NCBI GenBank assembly: GCA_030704615.1
Contig: CM060731.1
Coordinates: 50,654,001-50,718,000 of the forward strand
Origin: Takakia lepidozioides
Taxonomy: Eukaryota; Plantae; Bryophyta
Direction of reading: 5' to 3'
DNA length: 64,000 nucleotides
Shown here: positions 40,001-52,570 of the stretch, piece by piece
How positions within the stretch are numbered: the stretch's first letter is position 1
Layout: every line of letters begins with the position of its first letter
Program-made: the position numbers and the translations under genes
The notes under the pieces: model-generated
What the model saw: only the letters and a program-made list of their open reading frames with translations
Database searches by the model: none
What the model was told of the DNA's origin: nothing

Positions 40001-41619
40001 ACTTATTCTCCAAAGGGCACCAAAGCTCTCCGGGAGCATACAGTCCTATTAAAGCTGCTGTCAGCTAGCACTCAGCAGGCAGCTTATCAAAATAGTCAGC
40101 AGCTACCAACCCCTTCCGAAGGAGGACCTGAAATTTCACTTTAGCCTGTCAGCAAACATTTTGAGCACAACTGCTCAAAAAGACCTGCTGGAAGGGTAAG
40201 GAATGTGCATACTGTGCTGGACCAAAGTGGCTATGATTGTACCTTAGAGGTGGGGTCAAACTGACCACGCACAAACCGCAGCACAATGCAACTCTTGCCC
40301 ACCCCTGAGTCCCCCAGCAACACCAACTGCGATGGGCAAAGGATGATCACCAAATTAAAATTGGGAAAACAAGTAAACTTGCACTTGTTAGACTACGGAT
40401 AAGAGATTACCAACCTACTGGAATGGCATGAGGGAACAGACAAGCAAACCATGACAAGTGGAGAGGAAGGGAGAGAAGATGTTCTAACTGACTGTCCCGC
40501 AAACATTGCTATGATTTCCCCATAGTGCCTAGACAGCACCAGGTACCAGTTCTAGGTGAGACTCAACAACACAATCTTGGTACTTGATTGTTGATTGCAC
40601 GTGGTTAGGGCCAAGTATTGATTAATCAAACATACGGAAAAACATGACACTGATTCCAGCACTGTTGCTCACTGTAGCTGACAACAAATGTGTCCAATGT
40701 GGCTGTGGTTGCACTGGCAATCACACTGTTGAAGACAAAGAGACAAAGACAGAAGACGGTTGGGATTCCGCATTAAAAGACCATACCTTGATGCGCAGAT
40801 TCTTAGAGTCGAAACCCTCAGATGCATCAGGGTTGACTCCTTTCAGATGCCCAGATGCTTTGGCTGTCCAACCCATAATGCAAAGCTTGAAAAGCTAAGA
40901 ACATTAATTTTGCAATGGTTAAAGGCCAACAATCAGTATTCTATGACACAATTCGCCCTTTGTGCAGCTGGACCTTAACCTCTATGAAGGTGGAGGCACA
41001 AAATTACCAAAACACAACAGAAATGCTGAAGACTCTTCACAGGCGCATGTGTTAGGTGTTCAGCTATCCTGGGCTACTGGATAGCCCAAAAGTTGTTGGT
41101 ACCAGCTCCAGTGTCTAAGGGACTGCAGCACTGAATGAGCTGCTACGTAAACCCTAACCAGGAGTAAGAATGGTGACAGTTTTCTACAGGAATGCGATAT
41201 GTATAACCCTGTTTGACATGACTACCGATCCACGGCAGACTCTTCCGGTAAGCTGGAATTGAAGTCAATTCATCAAGTGAATCCAGATTTGGCACACTCT
41301 GCTGACAACAAGGCTCAGAAAGAAAATGAATGCAAGTGTAAATATCCCTCGCTCTTCCTTCGTCCGTCTAAAAGAAAAGCGCCTTCACGCACGACTTGCA
41401 GTCCGCTTGGTTTCCCCTCCTGACAATCTTTCCTCTGCCCTCTGTATGCTCTTTAACCAGAAGGCTATTGAAAGAACAGCTCTAAGTGAGTACATATCTC
41501 TCGCTCGCTCCTGGGGGGCGTCCCATAATGATACAGAGTCCCCCACCCCCCCAAAAGAACTCCAAGGATGCAATGGTCAAGGGGAAAGAAAGACCAGGGG
41601 AGGACGCGGTGCAGCCCAT
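37046..41619 (-). CDS. RABF1: Plant-specific Rab5 GTPase RabF1/ARA6, 8 exons
   Basis: N-terminal MGCTASSP acylation motif (exon 41595-41619); [48 protein letters not shown]; C-terminus [16 protein letters not shown] has no prenylation cysteines, as expected for ARA6. Confidence 0.96.
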
Positions 41620-42791
41620 CGCAGCTGCTCAGCACTTCTTCCGCCTTCCTTCCGCCTCCTTTAATCTTCAACTTGGGTTTGTCAGACAAGATTCCGCGAA
41701 ATATGTGCAAAGAAGGGAGCCAATCGACACCGGCAAGCACGACGCAACAGACTGATGTCGCGATCAAGGAAAAGGATTGCAAGTTATGGAATTCCAGTTC
41801 AGCACGTGGGTATACCTTGATCTTGTGGCGAATTCTTCACATGCTGCCATGAATGCAGACAGATTGCAGCATGGTTTGTGAAATTATGGAGAGAGCCAGG
41901 TCCGAACAAGAGGGCGATAGAACATGAAAGAACTATTCCTGATCTCTTTCATTATCTTGTACTGAATATTTTGTAGCTGGATGGATCCACAGTAAATGGA
42001 AAGGATTCTGTTGAGGAGATGAAGAATGCACCGACCCCACATGTGAGAAAGATGGGGGCATTCTGAAATGATTCACACATGAAGGACAGCAGCTCTTTCA
42101 AACCCATCATTCATTGCTGATGCAGGATTGATTGTTTGCTGGTATGCTATGCAAGTATATAAGCCATTGGAACTTATACAATACCATCTCCCTTAACCCA
42201 TAAACGCCAACAACTTCTTTGCAAAATCTGCACTGCTCCCTCAAGAGGAGACCACGCATCAATGTTGGAAAAATGGATGATCCTGATATACCTTCACTGG
42301 AAAACACCCAAACATAACAGATATACCTCCACTAGTTAACAGTACTATTAAGAAGCATCAAATATACAATGATTTCTATGAAATATGTTTTTAATCAGTC
42401 ACATCCACCGGTAAATGGCTGGAGAGTGGACACCTAGGGAATTCCAAATAGGCCTTGATGTGAAATGCAGCGCAATTCACTTGATCAGATGCCAATTCAA
42501 TTGAACTAACCCTAATTTGCAATTCAATTGAATTGCCAACTGGCGATTCAATTGAATTGTAATCTATAATTTTTAACGCAGTTTTGTATATGATATATAT
42601 ATAATATATTATCATGTGTATGTATATGTATATGTATCATATACACATATACATATGAGAGTATAAGATGAATATACATGTTGGCCCGTCTATTCCTGCT
42701 GCCCGTCCATCCTTTGCTTGTGGTAAGGCCTAAGTCACGACATGAGTCGCGTACCCTAAAGGAGAGATATATACTACACATATATACTAGT

Positions 42792-43040
42792 AGAGGTATC
42801 GTCATTAGGTTGTAGCCCTGTTTGATATATCTACAGAGGTATAGTATTTCATTTTACAAGAAAAGTTGGCCAAATTAATCTATATTTATGCGGAGGTATC
42901 GTCATGAGACAGTAGCCCTGTTTAGTATACCACCAGAGGTATAGCGCATGACTTACAAAGAAACCTGGTCAAATCAGCCTATATGCAGGTTGAGGTATCG
43001 TTATGAGGTAGTTGCCATGTTTAGTATACCTACAGAGGGA
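42792..43040 (+). repeat. Three degenerate tandem units with ~100-bp period next to the left TIR
   Basis: GAGGTATCGT...TGTTT...CAGAGG recurs near 42792, 42892 and 42992. Confidence 0.7.
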
Positions 43041-43445
43041 TTGGCAACGTACGCATTCTTATCTCTGTTTTTATCCCAGTCCTCGCTTGTTAGATTCTAC
43101 AGCTGTTCATCGTGTAGCACTTGGCTACATGATGTCTATTGTTTCTGGTTTACTCAATAAGAAGAGTGGGATAGAAATGTCAAGTGAGTTTTTCATGGTA
43201 CGTGTCATGGTTGGGTGGACAGGAAGAGGCCAAGGAAGAGGCAGCAGCAGAGCTGACACATTTGGTAAGGCAACCGTGTCCATCCTGAGTATGAATGATG
43301 CTGCACCCTCGGAAATACAAGATGCTTCAAGTAAGTTCAAAGAGCTTTCTTCTCTTTCTGGTGTGCTGGATATGTATGCGGAGGACAACTAATATCACCT
43401 TAGGTGCCAAGGCAGAAACAAACAACCAAACCCTATTTCATTTCA

Positions 43446-43477
<32 letters not shown>

Positions 43478-43805
43478 GTGTTTCTCCCTGTCCTCTAGGA
43501 AGCCTATTGACATTGGGTGGACTTGAAACGGGAGTACATTAATGTCTCTGTCACTAAATGCCGGCCTTCTGACCTCGTGTCCTTGTTTGTTTCGACCTTA
43601 AGCGTTTTGCTTCAGATAAGGTAGTGCATTGGATTTAGTTGGAAAACTTGGGGCCTTTCCCTCTTTAGAATATGCCTACACGGGCCATTCCCTGCAACTC
43701 CCTGGAGTGTGATCTCTGAATGGTAACAAGCGGACTCCTACCGCTTGGGGGCAGCTCCTCCGCCCAAATTGGGCAGTCGTATGCTCTGTCTAGCATACTC
43801 GGCAC

Positions 43806-44270
43806 TTGGGCTCGGGTTGGTTCCTGTGCTTAAACTTATGGCCTGCGAAAACAATAAAAAATTTAGCTCCTATCAACATCAACACTCCTCAGGGTGATCC
43901 CTCACAAGTGGTTACTTATGCCAAATCTAGGGCTTCATGTGTAGTTTTTGGGGTGAATCCCAGGATGGACGATGTGTCCTTTAAAACTACATGCTCTACC
44001 TTAGGCTTGGATTTCATGGTTAATGGTACCATCTCAAGACTTGATAACAGGGGTACGTTGAAGGTTGCAATGACCAAAAGTGCTTCTAATAGAGTCCCGC
44101 ATCAATTCAATCTCAAAGAAGTTCGTTCGTGATTTCTTGTTTGACAATTGTGAAATTATCAACAAGGGTTTGAGGTACGAGCATAGTATCTGGCTAAAAC
44201 TGAATTTGAAGGGCGGCATGAGTACTCTGCTGGACCTCTTTGTCCGTTGTGTTTACATGCCCACAGAGGG
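43806..44270 (+). mobile_element. Possible LINE 5' fragment (ORF1-like plus partial endonuclease)
   Basis: HSIWLKLNLKGGMSTLLDLFVRCVYMP resembles the WLKL...VYxP strands of non-LTR AP endonucleases; similarity judged by eye only. Confidence 0.4.
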
Positions 44271-44324
44271 GACCCTGTGTGCAAACACGGAGGATGAAGA
44301 AGGGACAAACAATGATGGAGGAGA

Positions 44325-44480
44325 TGAGGGAGATGAGGAAGAAACAGATGACGACGATGCAGATGAGGAGGAGGAGGAGGAGGAGGAGGAGGAGGAGGAG
44401 GAGGGGGAGGGGGAGGGGGAGGCGGAGGGGGAGGGGGAGGGGAGAGGAGGAGGATGAGCATGATGATGATGAAGAGGAAG
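44325..44480 (+). repeat. (GAG)n/(GAGGGG)n purine microsatellite
   Basis: Directly visible; produces the poly-E, poly-P and poly-R ORFs in the track. Confidence 0.9.
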
Positions 44481-44927
44481 GAATGTAGAACAAATCGAAT
44501 CAGGGCCTCTTTTTTGGCTACCTTCACCTTGTAAGTATGGAGAAAATTCTGAGACTTGTTTGTGTGTTTCTTCTTACTCTCTTTTTGACATTCTAGTTGC
44601 CTAAGAAAAGTGCCCAAATAATGGTACAAAGATACGGACTACACTACTCCATTGTAGGGAGGCTATGTCGCTATTGTCCTACCAAGAGGAATGTGGTTTG
44701 CAGGCTGTGTAGGCGCCGGGTGGTTTTCCTAGCCTCAAGTATAGCTCCCAGGAACCTTTGCTAAATGGGTGCATACAACATAAAAGTTGTAGGCCGAGGC
44801 TATGTACATATTTTGAGGCTGTGGATACAGTGACTGCTTTAGGATTAAGCATGTAAATGGGTACATTGGGAGTCCAATTCACTTACTCTTTGGCCATGTT
44901 GCTGATCTGGTGCTTGTGCATTTGTAG

Positions 44928-45047
44928 GATTTTAAGCAGAAGTATCCAGACGTGATTGTGCCAAACCCACTAGAAGCCATTCAACAGCTGCGAAACAGGC
45001 AGTCGATGCTTCAGGATGTGGCCAATCTAGACCTTTGTGACTATGTG
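44928..45047 (+). pseudogene. ITPK: Captured single exon of inositol-tetrakisphosphate 1-kinase
   Basis: After a TGTAG acceptor: DFKQKYPDVIVPNPLEAIQQLRNRQSMLQDVANLDL, resembling plant ITPK (HPEVTVLDPP..IQ.L.NRQSMLQ.VA). No other ITPK exons seen. Confidence 0.8.
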
Positions 45048-45786
45048 GTTGGTTTTTCTCCAGTACACAGTGCCTTCAACCAGCTCTTATATCTATTTGA
45101 CCTGGAGTTTCGGTTTAGGGGCATCAATTTAATCAATTTTACTCACACTGAGAACCAAATTTTGAGTAACCAGTCATATTGCAGACTTAAGTTAATTTAA
45201 ATCTCAGTGATTGAGTGAGTGAGTCCACGGCAATGCCTGGATACATGAGAAGTTGACCTGCATTTTGTTGTTTTCCATTTCTTGCAACTTTTGGAATTTG
45301 AATATGGTCCTGGACGACCATCCGATCTGCTTCCTTCTTTTCATAGCCCCGTGTTTTCATTTTGCTCGTGTTGTTTGCAATCTGAGTATCCCGCAACAAA
45401 GAAGAAAATTTAAAGAACTTAGTTGATGAATTATGTTCTGCATGATTCCCACATCTGAGGAACGACGGAATCACCAGTCATGAAGCAGGTTAGAGGTCTG
45501 CTACAAGTGGTCACTTGCGTATGGGCTAATATGGACTTGGTAGTGATCTTCCTGTGCAGACCGTTGTCCATGTGCTTTTCAATCAATCTGCGGTTCCAGT
45601 ACAAAAGAATGTAGAGGTATTGACCACAAGAGGAAGCAATATAACTTGGCATAGGGGCTGATATGGACTTGACATTGATCTTCCATGTGCACACCTCTCT
45701 CCATGTGCTGCTCATCCATCACTCTACCCACTGCCTGCGTATCGCTGGTTTGACTAAGTGACTGGTCACTAGATCACCAGTCACAC

Positions 45787-45918
45787 CTTCATAGGAGTGG
45801 GCATGTGGCTTGCAAGTGTTGGGCTGCCAATAACAAACCCACTACAACGTTGCACTACAACCATAATCTCATCACTATTGTAGAACTTAGCATTCATGCT
45901 CTCGATTCCCACTCCAGC
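45787..45918 (-). pseudogene. FLV: Captured single exon of a flavodiiron protein (flavodoxin domain)
   Basis: 132 nt bounded by AG and GT: AGVGIESMNAKFYNSDEIMVVVQRCSGFVIGSPTLASHMPTPMK, resembling FLV AGV.VE..N....GF.IGSPTLGGH.PT. Confidence 0.75.
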
Positions 45919-47788
45919 CTTTCAAATTCCTCAACTTCCATTCAGCATCCCATGAACCCCACATGCAGCCCGAGTGTTATTACAAGCACGTTATGTGCTT
46001 TGGTAAATACTGTTGTTGGAATGAGGCAAAGCCCTCAAACCTTGGCCAAATGTTTATGCAAACCTCCTTAAACTGCTTGTGAGCTAAATGGGTTTGATGT
46101 GCATGCCAGGGCTAGCTCCATCTCATTTTTTGGGGGACCCTTTGGGAGACAGATGGCTTACTCAGAAGTGCTTCAGCTTCCTCTGATTCACTGGCAAAAG
46201 ATATATGGCTACCTCTGAAAGAAACAAACAATTTCAAACCTCACAATTGATGAATGGCTTCCCCTGCATCATCATGTACTCCCCTGGCACTAGTATCTGG
46301 CCCCCATGACACAACCCCAGAGAAAACAAAAGACATGTTCATTTCGAGAATTATCTCCAATAATCTTGTTTCGATACCCTTGCAAAGGTATCATGTTGCA
46401 ATTGGGCTGTGTGTTCGATAGAGAGTTTAATATATCAACTCTTAGACGTTGATACTCTTACAGTGGTATCATGTTTGGTATATGTACATAGCCATATATT
46501 GGCACTATAAGGGCTTGGCAGTATGAAATTGGTTAGTGTCTCAAGGTGCAGATGAAACATGCTAACATATTTAGATTGTAAGCAACACCCACCAGTCAAA
46601 CTCATCCTCAGAAGAGATTGATACACAAAAATTTCTCAGGGTCGTTGGTGCGCAGGCTATCCTAAAATGTATTAGCAAACCACAGTACACAATGTGGGCA
46701 GGTTGAAGACAAACCATGTGATCAAGCTCTTTCTTTCAGTGTATGTGTTGAGGAGCGTTTGGTAACCCACTCTACTACCCCTAAAGTTCTCTCCTCAAAA
46801 CTCATGAGTCACCTGCACGTACACAAGAACTACAGCTTTAGCTAAAATGATATCTTTATCAATGATTGGGGAAACTCATGCCAATATGGGAATGTGCTTA
46901 CTCATGGGCAGATCTTGTCATTTGGTGATCCAAGAAGGCTTCCATCATACATAGCGCCACCACCGCTCCACCACCGCTCAACCCTAAACTTGTTGTTGCA
47001 TTCTTCTCTCGTTACTTCTCGTCCTCCAACTGATTTGATCCTTTCACTTTTAGGGCACCTCTGCCCTAAAAACCCTTCATCACTTCATTTCTCTCTCCCT
47101 TTCCCCTCTCGCTCTCTCCTAGTATATATCTCTCCTTTAGGGTACGCGACTCATGTCGTGACTTAGGCCTTACCACAAGCAAAGGATGGACGGGCAGCAG
47201 GAATAGACGGGCCAGCATGTATATTCATCTTATACTCTCGTATGTATATGTGTATACAATACATATACATATACATACACATGATAATATATTATATATA
47301 TTATATACAAAACTGCGTTAAAAATTATAGATTACAATTCAATTGAATTGCAAATTAGGGTTAGTTCAATTGAATTGGCATCGCAATTCAATTGAATTGG
47401 CATCTGATCAAGTGAATTGCGCTGCATTTCACATCAAGGCCTATTTGGAATTCCCTAGACACCTGTGAAAGCCGGTCGCTTCTTCTTCCTTGCTCTCTTG
47501 TTCGCAAAAGACTTGCCTCCACCTCCACCTGGGAATCTGGGCGTGGAGGAATTGGTGCGATTCATCCTCACAGGGAGGAGAAGGAGATTGCACGATGAGG
47601 GCATGCTGTCATGGTCACCCTCCTCTTCCTCATTCTCTTCCCCTTCCCTATTCTCTTCCGCGCTCCCTTTTGTCAAACTGACTGCAAATGGTAATCTTAG
47701 GTTTTGAGATTTTGACCTTTTGAGATTTTGACCTTGGAGTTAGGCATGTGGCACCCTAAGGGGTATAACGATAGTTTAATAGTTACAA

Positions 47789-48455
47789 ATGCTAAAGCAA
47801 ATCTCTCATTTGCAACAGGGCGAGTTGGAGGGATCGGTGCGAGGACCAGATTTCAAGCAAAACAGTGCCAACAAGGCACTGATGATTGATGCCTACAAGG
47901 AATCTCCATGGGTGGATAGTCAACAGGAAGCAGGGGCAGGCCGATCTTTTGAATCGGGTGGAACGACTGCCATTGAAAGAAGACCAAGAGATGGAGTCCA
48001 CCAGAGCTCTTCTGGCACTTACGGGGATGTGAGGACACTATGTAAGTCAGAGAAACTTAAAGATGCATTGTACATTTTGAACCAAAGGGGCTTTACGGCA
48101 GATTGCAATACTTATGTCTGTCTCTTTGCAGGCATGCATCAGGAGAAAAGGCCTAGCAGAAGGAAAGCAGGTGCAGGCCCACATTATCCAAAGCAGATTT
48201 AGGTCAAACATCTTTCTACTCAATATCCTTGTTAGCATCGAAGATGCACGCTTAGTGTTTGACAAAATGCGTGAACGAGATATGTGGACATGGAATGTAA
48301 TGGTGGCGGGATATGCCAAGCATGGGTGTGGTAGGGAGGCTTTGGAGACCTATGAGCAAATGATATGGGGAGGGGTGACACCCAACCAGGCCACGTTCTC
48401 TTGCGTTCTGAAGGCTTGTTCCAGCCTGGGTGACCTGGAGAAAGTGTGTGTATGA
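47789..48455 (+). pseudogene. PLS-class PPR gene fragment
   Basis: LQAC...EGKQV, EDARLVFDKM.ERD..TWN.MV.GYA.HG.G.EAL, TF..VLKAC. Frameshift near 48120, the MY.KCG segment is missing, and it stops early. Confidence 0.85.
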
Positions 48456-48582
48456 AAATAGACAAGTTAATAGTCTGTCCCTTACTATCTCCATTCTTCT
48501 TCCCTCTTTTTCTGTCTAAAGAGTGACTTTTATTCAACTTTCTGTTGGCAATCAAAGTGATTATGAGGACCATTAATTACAG

Positions 48583-48685
48583 GCAGGCGTTGGGGGGGCT
48601 TTATTTGCGACAATGTTGATGCAAGGCGAGATGTGGGATACCTGTCCGTGGAACACACTCTCATGCATTTGTATCATCTTTCATG
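48583..48685 (+). pseudogene. NAPRT: Degenerate exon of nicotinate phosphoribosyltransferase
   Basis: GIPVRGTHSHAFVSSFM followed by a GTAAGT donor resembles plant NAPRT GIPLRGTHSHA(F/Y)VSSF; the upstream part is frameshifted. Confidence 0.75.
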
Positions 48686-49799
48686 GTAAGTGTCCCACTC
48701 ATTTTGTTTCTTTTAGAAGTCAATTCTGAAGTTCAAACTGTTAAGCTCAAACTTGCACATATGACATCATCGGCAGTGGGAAAGTCATGGAAGCTCCATC
48801 CTTATATTGTCATTCAACCATATATAACTGTCTCTAGCTATAAAACGTCTTGATAATAGCGACAGGGGAAATTCATAAGGGTTCTCTCACCCTGTGTGCA
48901 GTCTCCCCATGTCAACATGTTTTTCCTCTGAACAGTGGGACTGGAAATCAGCCCCGCATCTGTCACCTCTGTTTCAAGCTAATGTCCAGAGAGTAGTGCT
49001 AGAATCAGCCTTTGGTGATGCCTTTGCTAGCCCATAAATGAACAGTTAATTATCCGGGACCAGATTTTTGTCAGCTGTGTCCAACCGCTAGTACGTACAG
49101 TCTGAGCTGAGTCTTCTACACCCTGGTGGGCTACATCTCCAACCCTATTTATCACATTCCTTCCATACCTCCACCTTATTTTCTCACCAACTTGGACCAG
49201 CACTGGGTAGACAAAAACCAATTACATGTGACAGGCTTCAGTGCAAAGATGGGTTGGAGTCAATGAGGTTGTCAGGTTGATTGTAAAAATCTAGCGTGAA
49301 GATGTATCTGATCATTTTTCATTATCAGAGAGTGGTTAAGCCTGGGCGGAACATTCAACAACCCACTAGTTGGAGGAGGGGAGAGTATCATGATCGTAGG
49401 CCTTCCCTTTCCTGTCAGTTTCTGGGCTACTCATTATCAACTACTCATTATCAACTATTGACATTTTCTTCTGCATTCCTACCAGTTGTGAGATGGGGTA
49501 TGTCTATATATATAGTTGGTTCCTTATGATATCTATTGGTACGTCAAAAAAGTCTAGTCTTTGCATCGCAAACAATAGTTGTCTAGCATTGAAGGCTTGG
49601 ATGCTTGACTTGTAGAGCATCAATATGGTGGTGCTTGAAATATGTAGTCAAGTTAATGGACCTTCTGTGGACTGTCTCATTTACCATCAAATTCCACTTC
49701 ATGAAAGCTCACCCTTCAAAGAATGCAGTACCTTTGATCTGAGGAGGCTTGGCCACACTTTAAACCAAGGAAGCGTTCCAGAAGATTCAAATGCCTACA

Positions 49800-50085
49800 A
49801 TATTTCAGTGCATCAAAATTTTAGTATCAGTATCAAGATTTTCAGCCAGTAATATCAGTCAGATTTTCAGCGAGATTTTCAGCGATTATTTCAGTAACTC
49901 AGCTAGATTTTCAGTGAGATTGTCAGCGAGTATTTCAGTAATTCAGCGAGATTTTCAGCCAGATTTTTAGCAAGTATTTCAGTATTCAGCCATATTTTCA
50001 GCAAGTATTTTATTATTTCAGATAGTTCTTCAACAATTATTTCAGTATTTCAGATAATATTTCAACAAGCATCTCAATATTTTAA
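49800..50085 (+). repeat. AT-rich degenerate minisatellite ((G)ATTTTCAGC/TATTTCAGT units, ~8-13 bp)
   Basis: Repeated TTTCAG cores are directly visible. Confidence 0.8.
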
Positions 50086-50324
50086 TAATTAGTAAATTTG
50101 AAGATCAGTTTTGTAATATCATACATCAATAAAGTTCCACCGGTCCCTGCCTTTAGAAATAAGTAAATATTTTTTCTTCTTATGCAGAACATGTTAAAAA
50201 CATAGCTTGAATAGGTATGTACTTACCTTATTTCAATATAATATTTTAAGGAGATTTTATGCTTAGACTTCTAGGGTGGAGTCATTAAGCAACTAGCCGC
50301 ATGTTGTAGTGACTCCCAGTGATA

Positions 50325-50470
50325 ACCAAGTTGTAGCCCAGTGGTAATGGGCACATACAACCTTGGAAGTGCTTGTGGGTTCAATCCACGGATTCGTGTC
50401 CACCTTCCCACTGGAAGGCAGTAGCCATTCCAGGGTCAAGAGGCATTATATATATGTATATATTTATATA
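50325..50470 (+). mobile_element. tRNA-derived SINE-like sequence
   Basis: A box TAGCCCAGTGG (50334-50344), B-box-like GGTTCAATCC (50378-50387), no acceptor stem, TA-rich tail. Confidence 0.4.
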
Positions 50471-51208
50471 AGGCATCATCACATCCATTCTAACACATTG
50501 ACTGCTATTTATCTTCTTGGGAACCTTCCGCCATACTGATCACCTTCTTATCTTTTGGTCATAACTTCTTTAATTGAAGCTCTTTTAACAAGATATGTAA
50601 TCTTTCAATCCACACCCAATGTTGTACCTTGATGCACCTCTAAGAGGAGGTTGGGGTGGGAGGTGGGTGTTTTGAAAAGCTAGAAATTCATATGGGTATA
50701 TCCATATGTCTATACTTCATGCTGGTTTGAATATTGACAATAACGGTAACTTCAAAGGTCAATAATTATGCTGTCATTGCATAATCTGAAATCTTAATTG
50801 CAGTTCACCATGACTCTCCAATGAGTACAATCATACTCCACGACCTCTCATTGGACTATGTGCAACATATGGACTTCATATGTATCAAGTTGAGCTTATG
50901 TCAATATTATGCTGCTATCCTTATAGTACTGTTTTTCTGGACCATCAGCCTGATATCAAGAATTTAATGTTCAACATATAACCTTGAAATGAACCTCATT
51001 TCCTCATTAAAGTTCGTGCTTAAGAACAGAGTTATCTCAACTCTATGTGTGACCAAAGTGCCTAGGAGTATTCAAGGGATCTTGATACATGGAATAATCA
51101 AAAGAAGAATGTAGAGTTTCAAAAACTTAGCACCATATTCTCTGCCAGCAAAATGACAAAGTCGCCTGGTATAGGTCAGAAAAGATTAGTAATTCCTTGT
51201 GAGAGGGT

Positions 51209-52570
51209 TGTTAGAAGGATTAGTAAATCCAATGTAGGTTAGTAAGTCTAGTAAGATGAATAGTTAGTGAAGAGAAGTTACGTTCCCTGGAACGTTCACT
51301 GGAACCTTCATGTAACTGCTGAGCTCGGGGGTGAAGCACTTCTGAGTGACTTCTAAGGAACTCATTCAAATATATAAAGTCTTATTCTTATATTGCTGAG
51401 TGTATCTGATTAGAACTTTAACATGGTATCAGAAGTAGGTAATTAGAAATTACTCATAGATTTTCATTATCTCGTTGAACATGGGTCTCTTTTGTAGAGC
51501 GCCCAGGACGTCAATGAGATATCAGATGAATAAAGCAGATTTTCGCAAGTTTAAGATTCTATTGACATAGATTAATATTGCAGTATCCTGGCAATGGCAG
51601 ATCAAACTAGGAACATCGAGAAATTAGATGGGCCTAATTTTTCCACATGGAAAATCAGGATGTCTTATCTGTTTAAAAAGGAAAAACTATGGGATTTGGT
51701 AATAGGTACTGAAGTTAAGCCTACTAGTACTAATCTCCCGGGGGTACAGGAATAAATGCTCTCTACGTAAAAAATCTGTTAACTTTATTATGAATGAAGG
51801 TGGTGATGTCCTCACCCCACATTCATGAATTTAAGTTACTCATTGAGTAATTGGCTTCGTTGGGGGTTACCTATAATGATGAAGATAATGTATAAACTCT
51901 CATAGGGAGTCTCCCTGATTCGCTTGATACAGTCGTCATGACTCTAGAGAACACCATAGGATTGACTTTTCAAGACGTGTCAGCCCGATTAATGCAAGAA
52001 AATATGCGCCGAAATAAATCTCAGAATTTCACAGACAATGGGGGCTCCACAGCATTGTGTGTTGGCAGAAGATCCCAACAAAAGGGTCAATCAATAAAAC
52101 CTCCGGGTGCAGATCGCAGAGGTGAAAATTGTAGTGTTGGATCCATGGGTTCACAATTAAGATCCAACAGTAATCCGGCCAGATCTCACCAGAAACTTGG
52201 AGTTTGATGTAATTATTGCAAATAGTACAATCACATTAAAACAAACTGTAGAAAGTACTTGCGCGATATTAAATCAGGGAAAGTCAAAGTTGGTCATAAT
52301 ATATCTATGACATTTGTATCAAGTGCAGACGATTCGTGGTTCCTAGACTCAGGAGCTCTGACTCCTCATCGAGATTGGTTTATTAATTATGAATCATATT
52401 TGACAAATTCTTGGAGATAATTTCTCATAGTCAAGGCAATGTTGCCATCCATTTATATAATGGGGACGTGAAAATGCTGCAGAAAACACTCCATGTTCCA
52501 GGTCTTCGCCATAATCTAATTTTTGTGCACAAAGTTGTTGCTGCTGGGTATACAATTAAATTCACCAATA
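51209..52570 (+). mobile_element. Ty1/Copia remnant: 5' LTR, PBS, decayed gag-protease
   Basis: LTR TGTTA...TAACA at 51209-51423; PBS TGGTATCAGA (tRNA-iMet type) at 51424; gag MADQTRNIEKLDGPNFSTWKIRM; knuckle CNYCK*YNHIKTNC; protease WFLDSGA. It has stops and deletions and is truncated before integrase. Confidence 0.9.

Larger units (their letters stand above)
42436..47456. mobile_element. About 5.0 kb non-autonomous long-TIR DNA element (Pack-MULE-like)
   Basis: ~340-bp inverted repeats at 42436-42776 and 47120-47456. Outer flanks TGGACACCT and TAGACACCT give an 8-9 bp TSD with one mismatch. The interior holds unrelated gene exons and no recognisable transposase. Confidence 0.8.

Noticed and set aside
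4808-41619. SCC2 and CDC45 as a functional cohesion/replication cluster
   Set aside because: They are interleaved with unrelated housekeeping genes (HDH, RabF1); nothing supports more than chance adjacency.
42792-43040. Regularly spaced repeats suggesting CRISPR
   Set aside because: Units are degenerate, the intervening sequences resemble each other, there are no cas genes, and the context is a eukaryotic transposon end.
44159-44629. Poly-Pro, poly-Arg and poly-Glu ORFs
   Set aside because: Translation products of the (GAG)n microsatellite.
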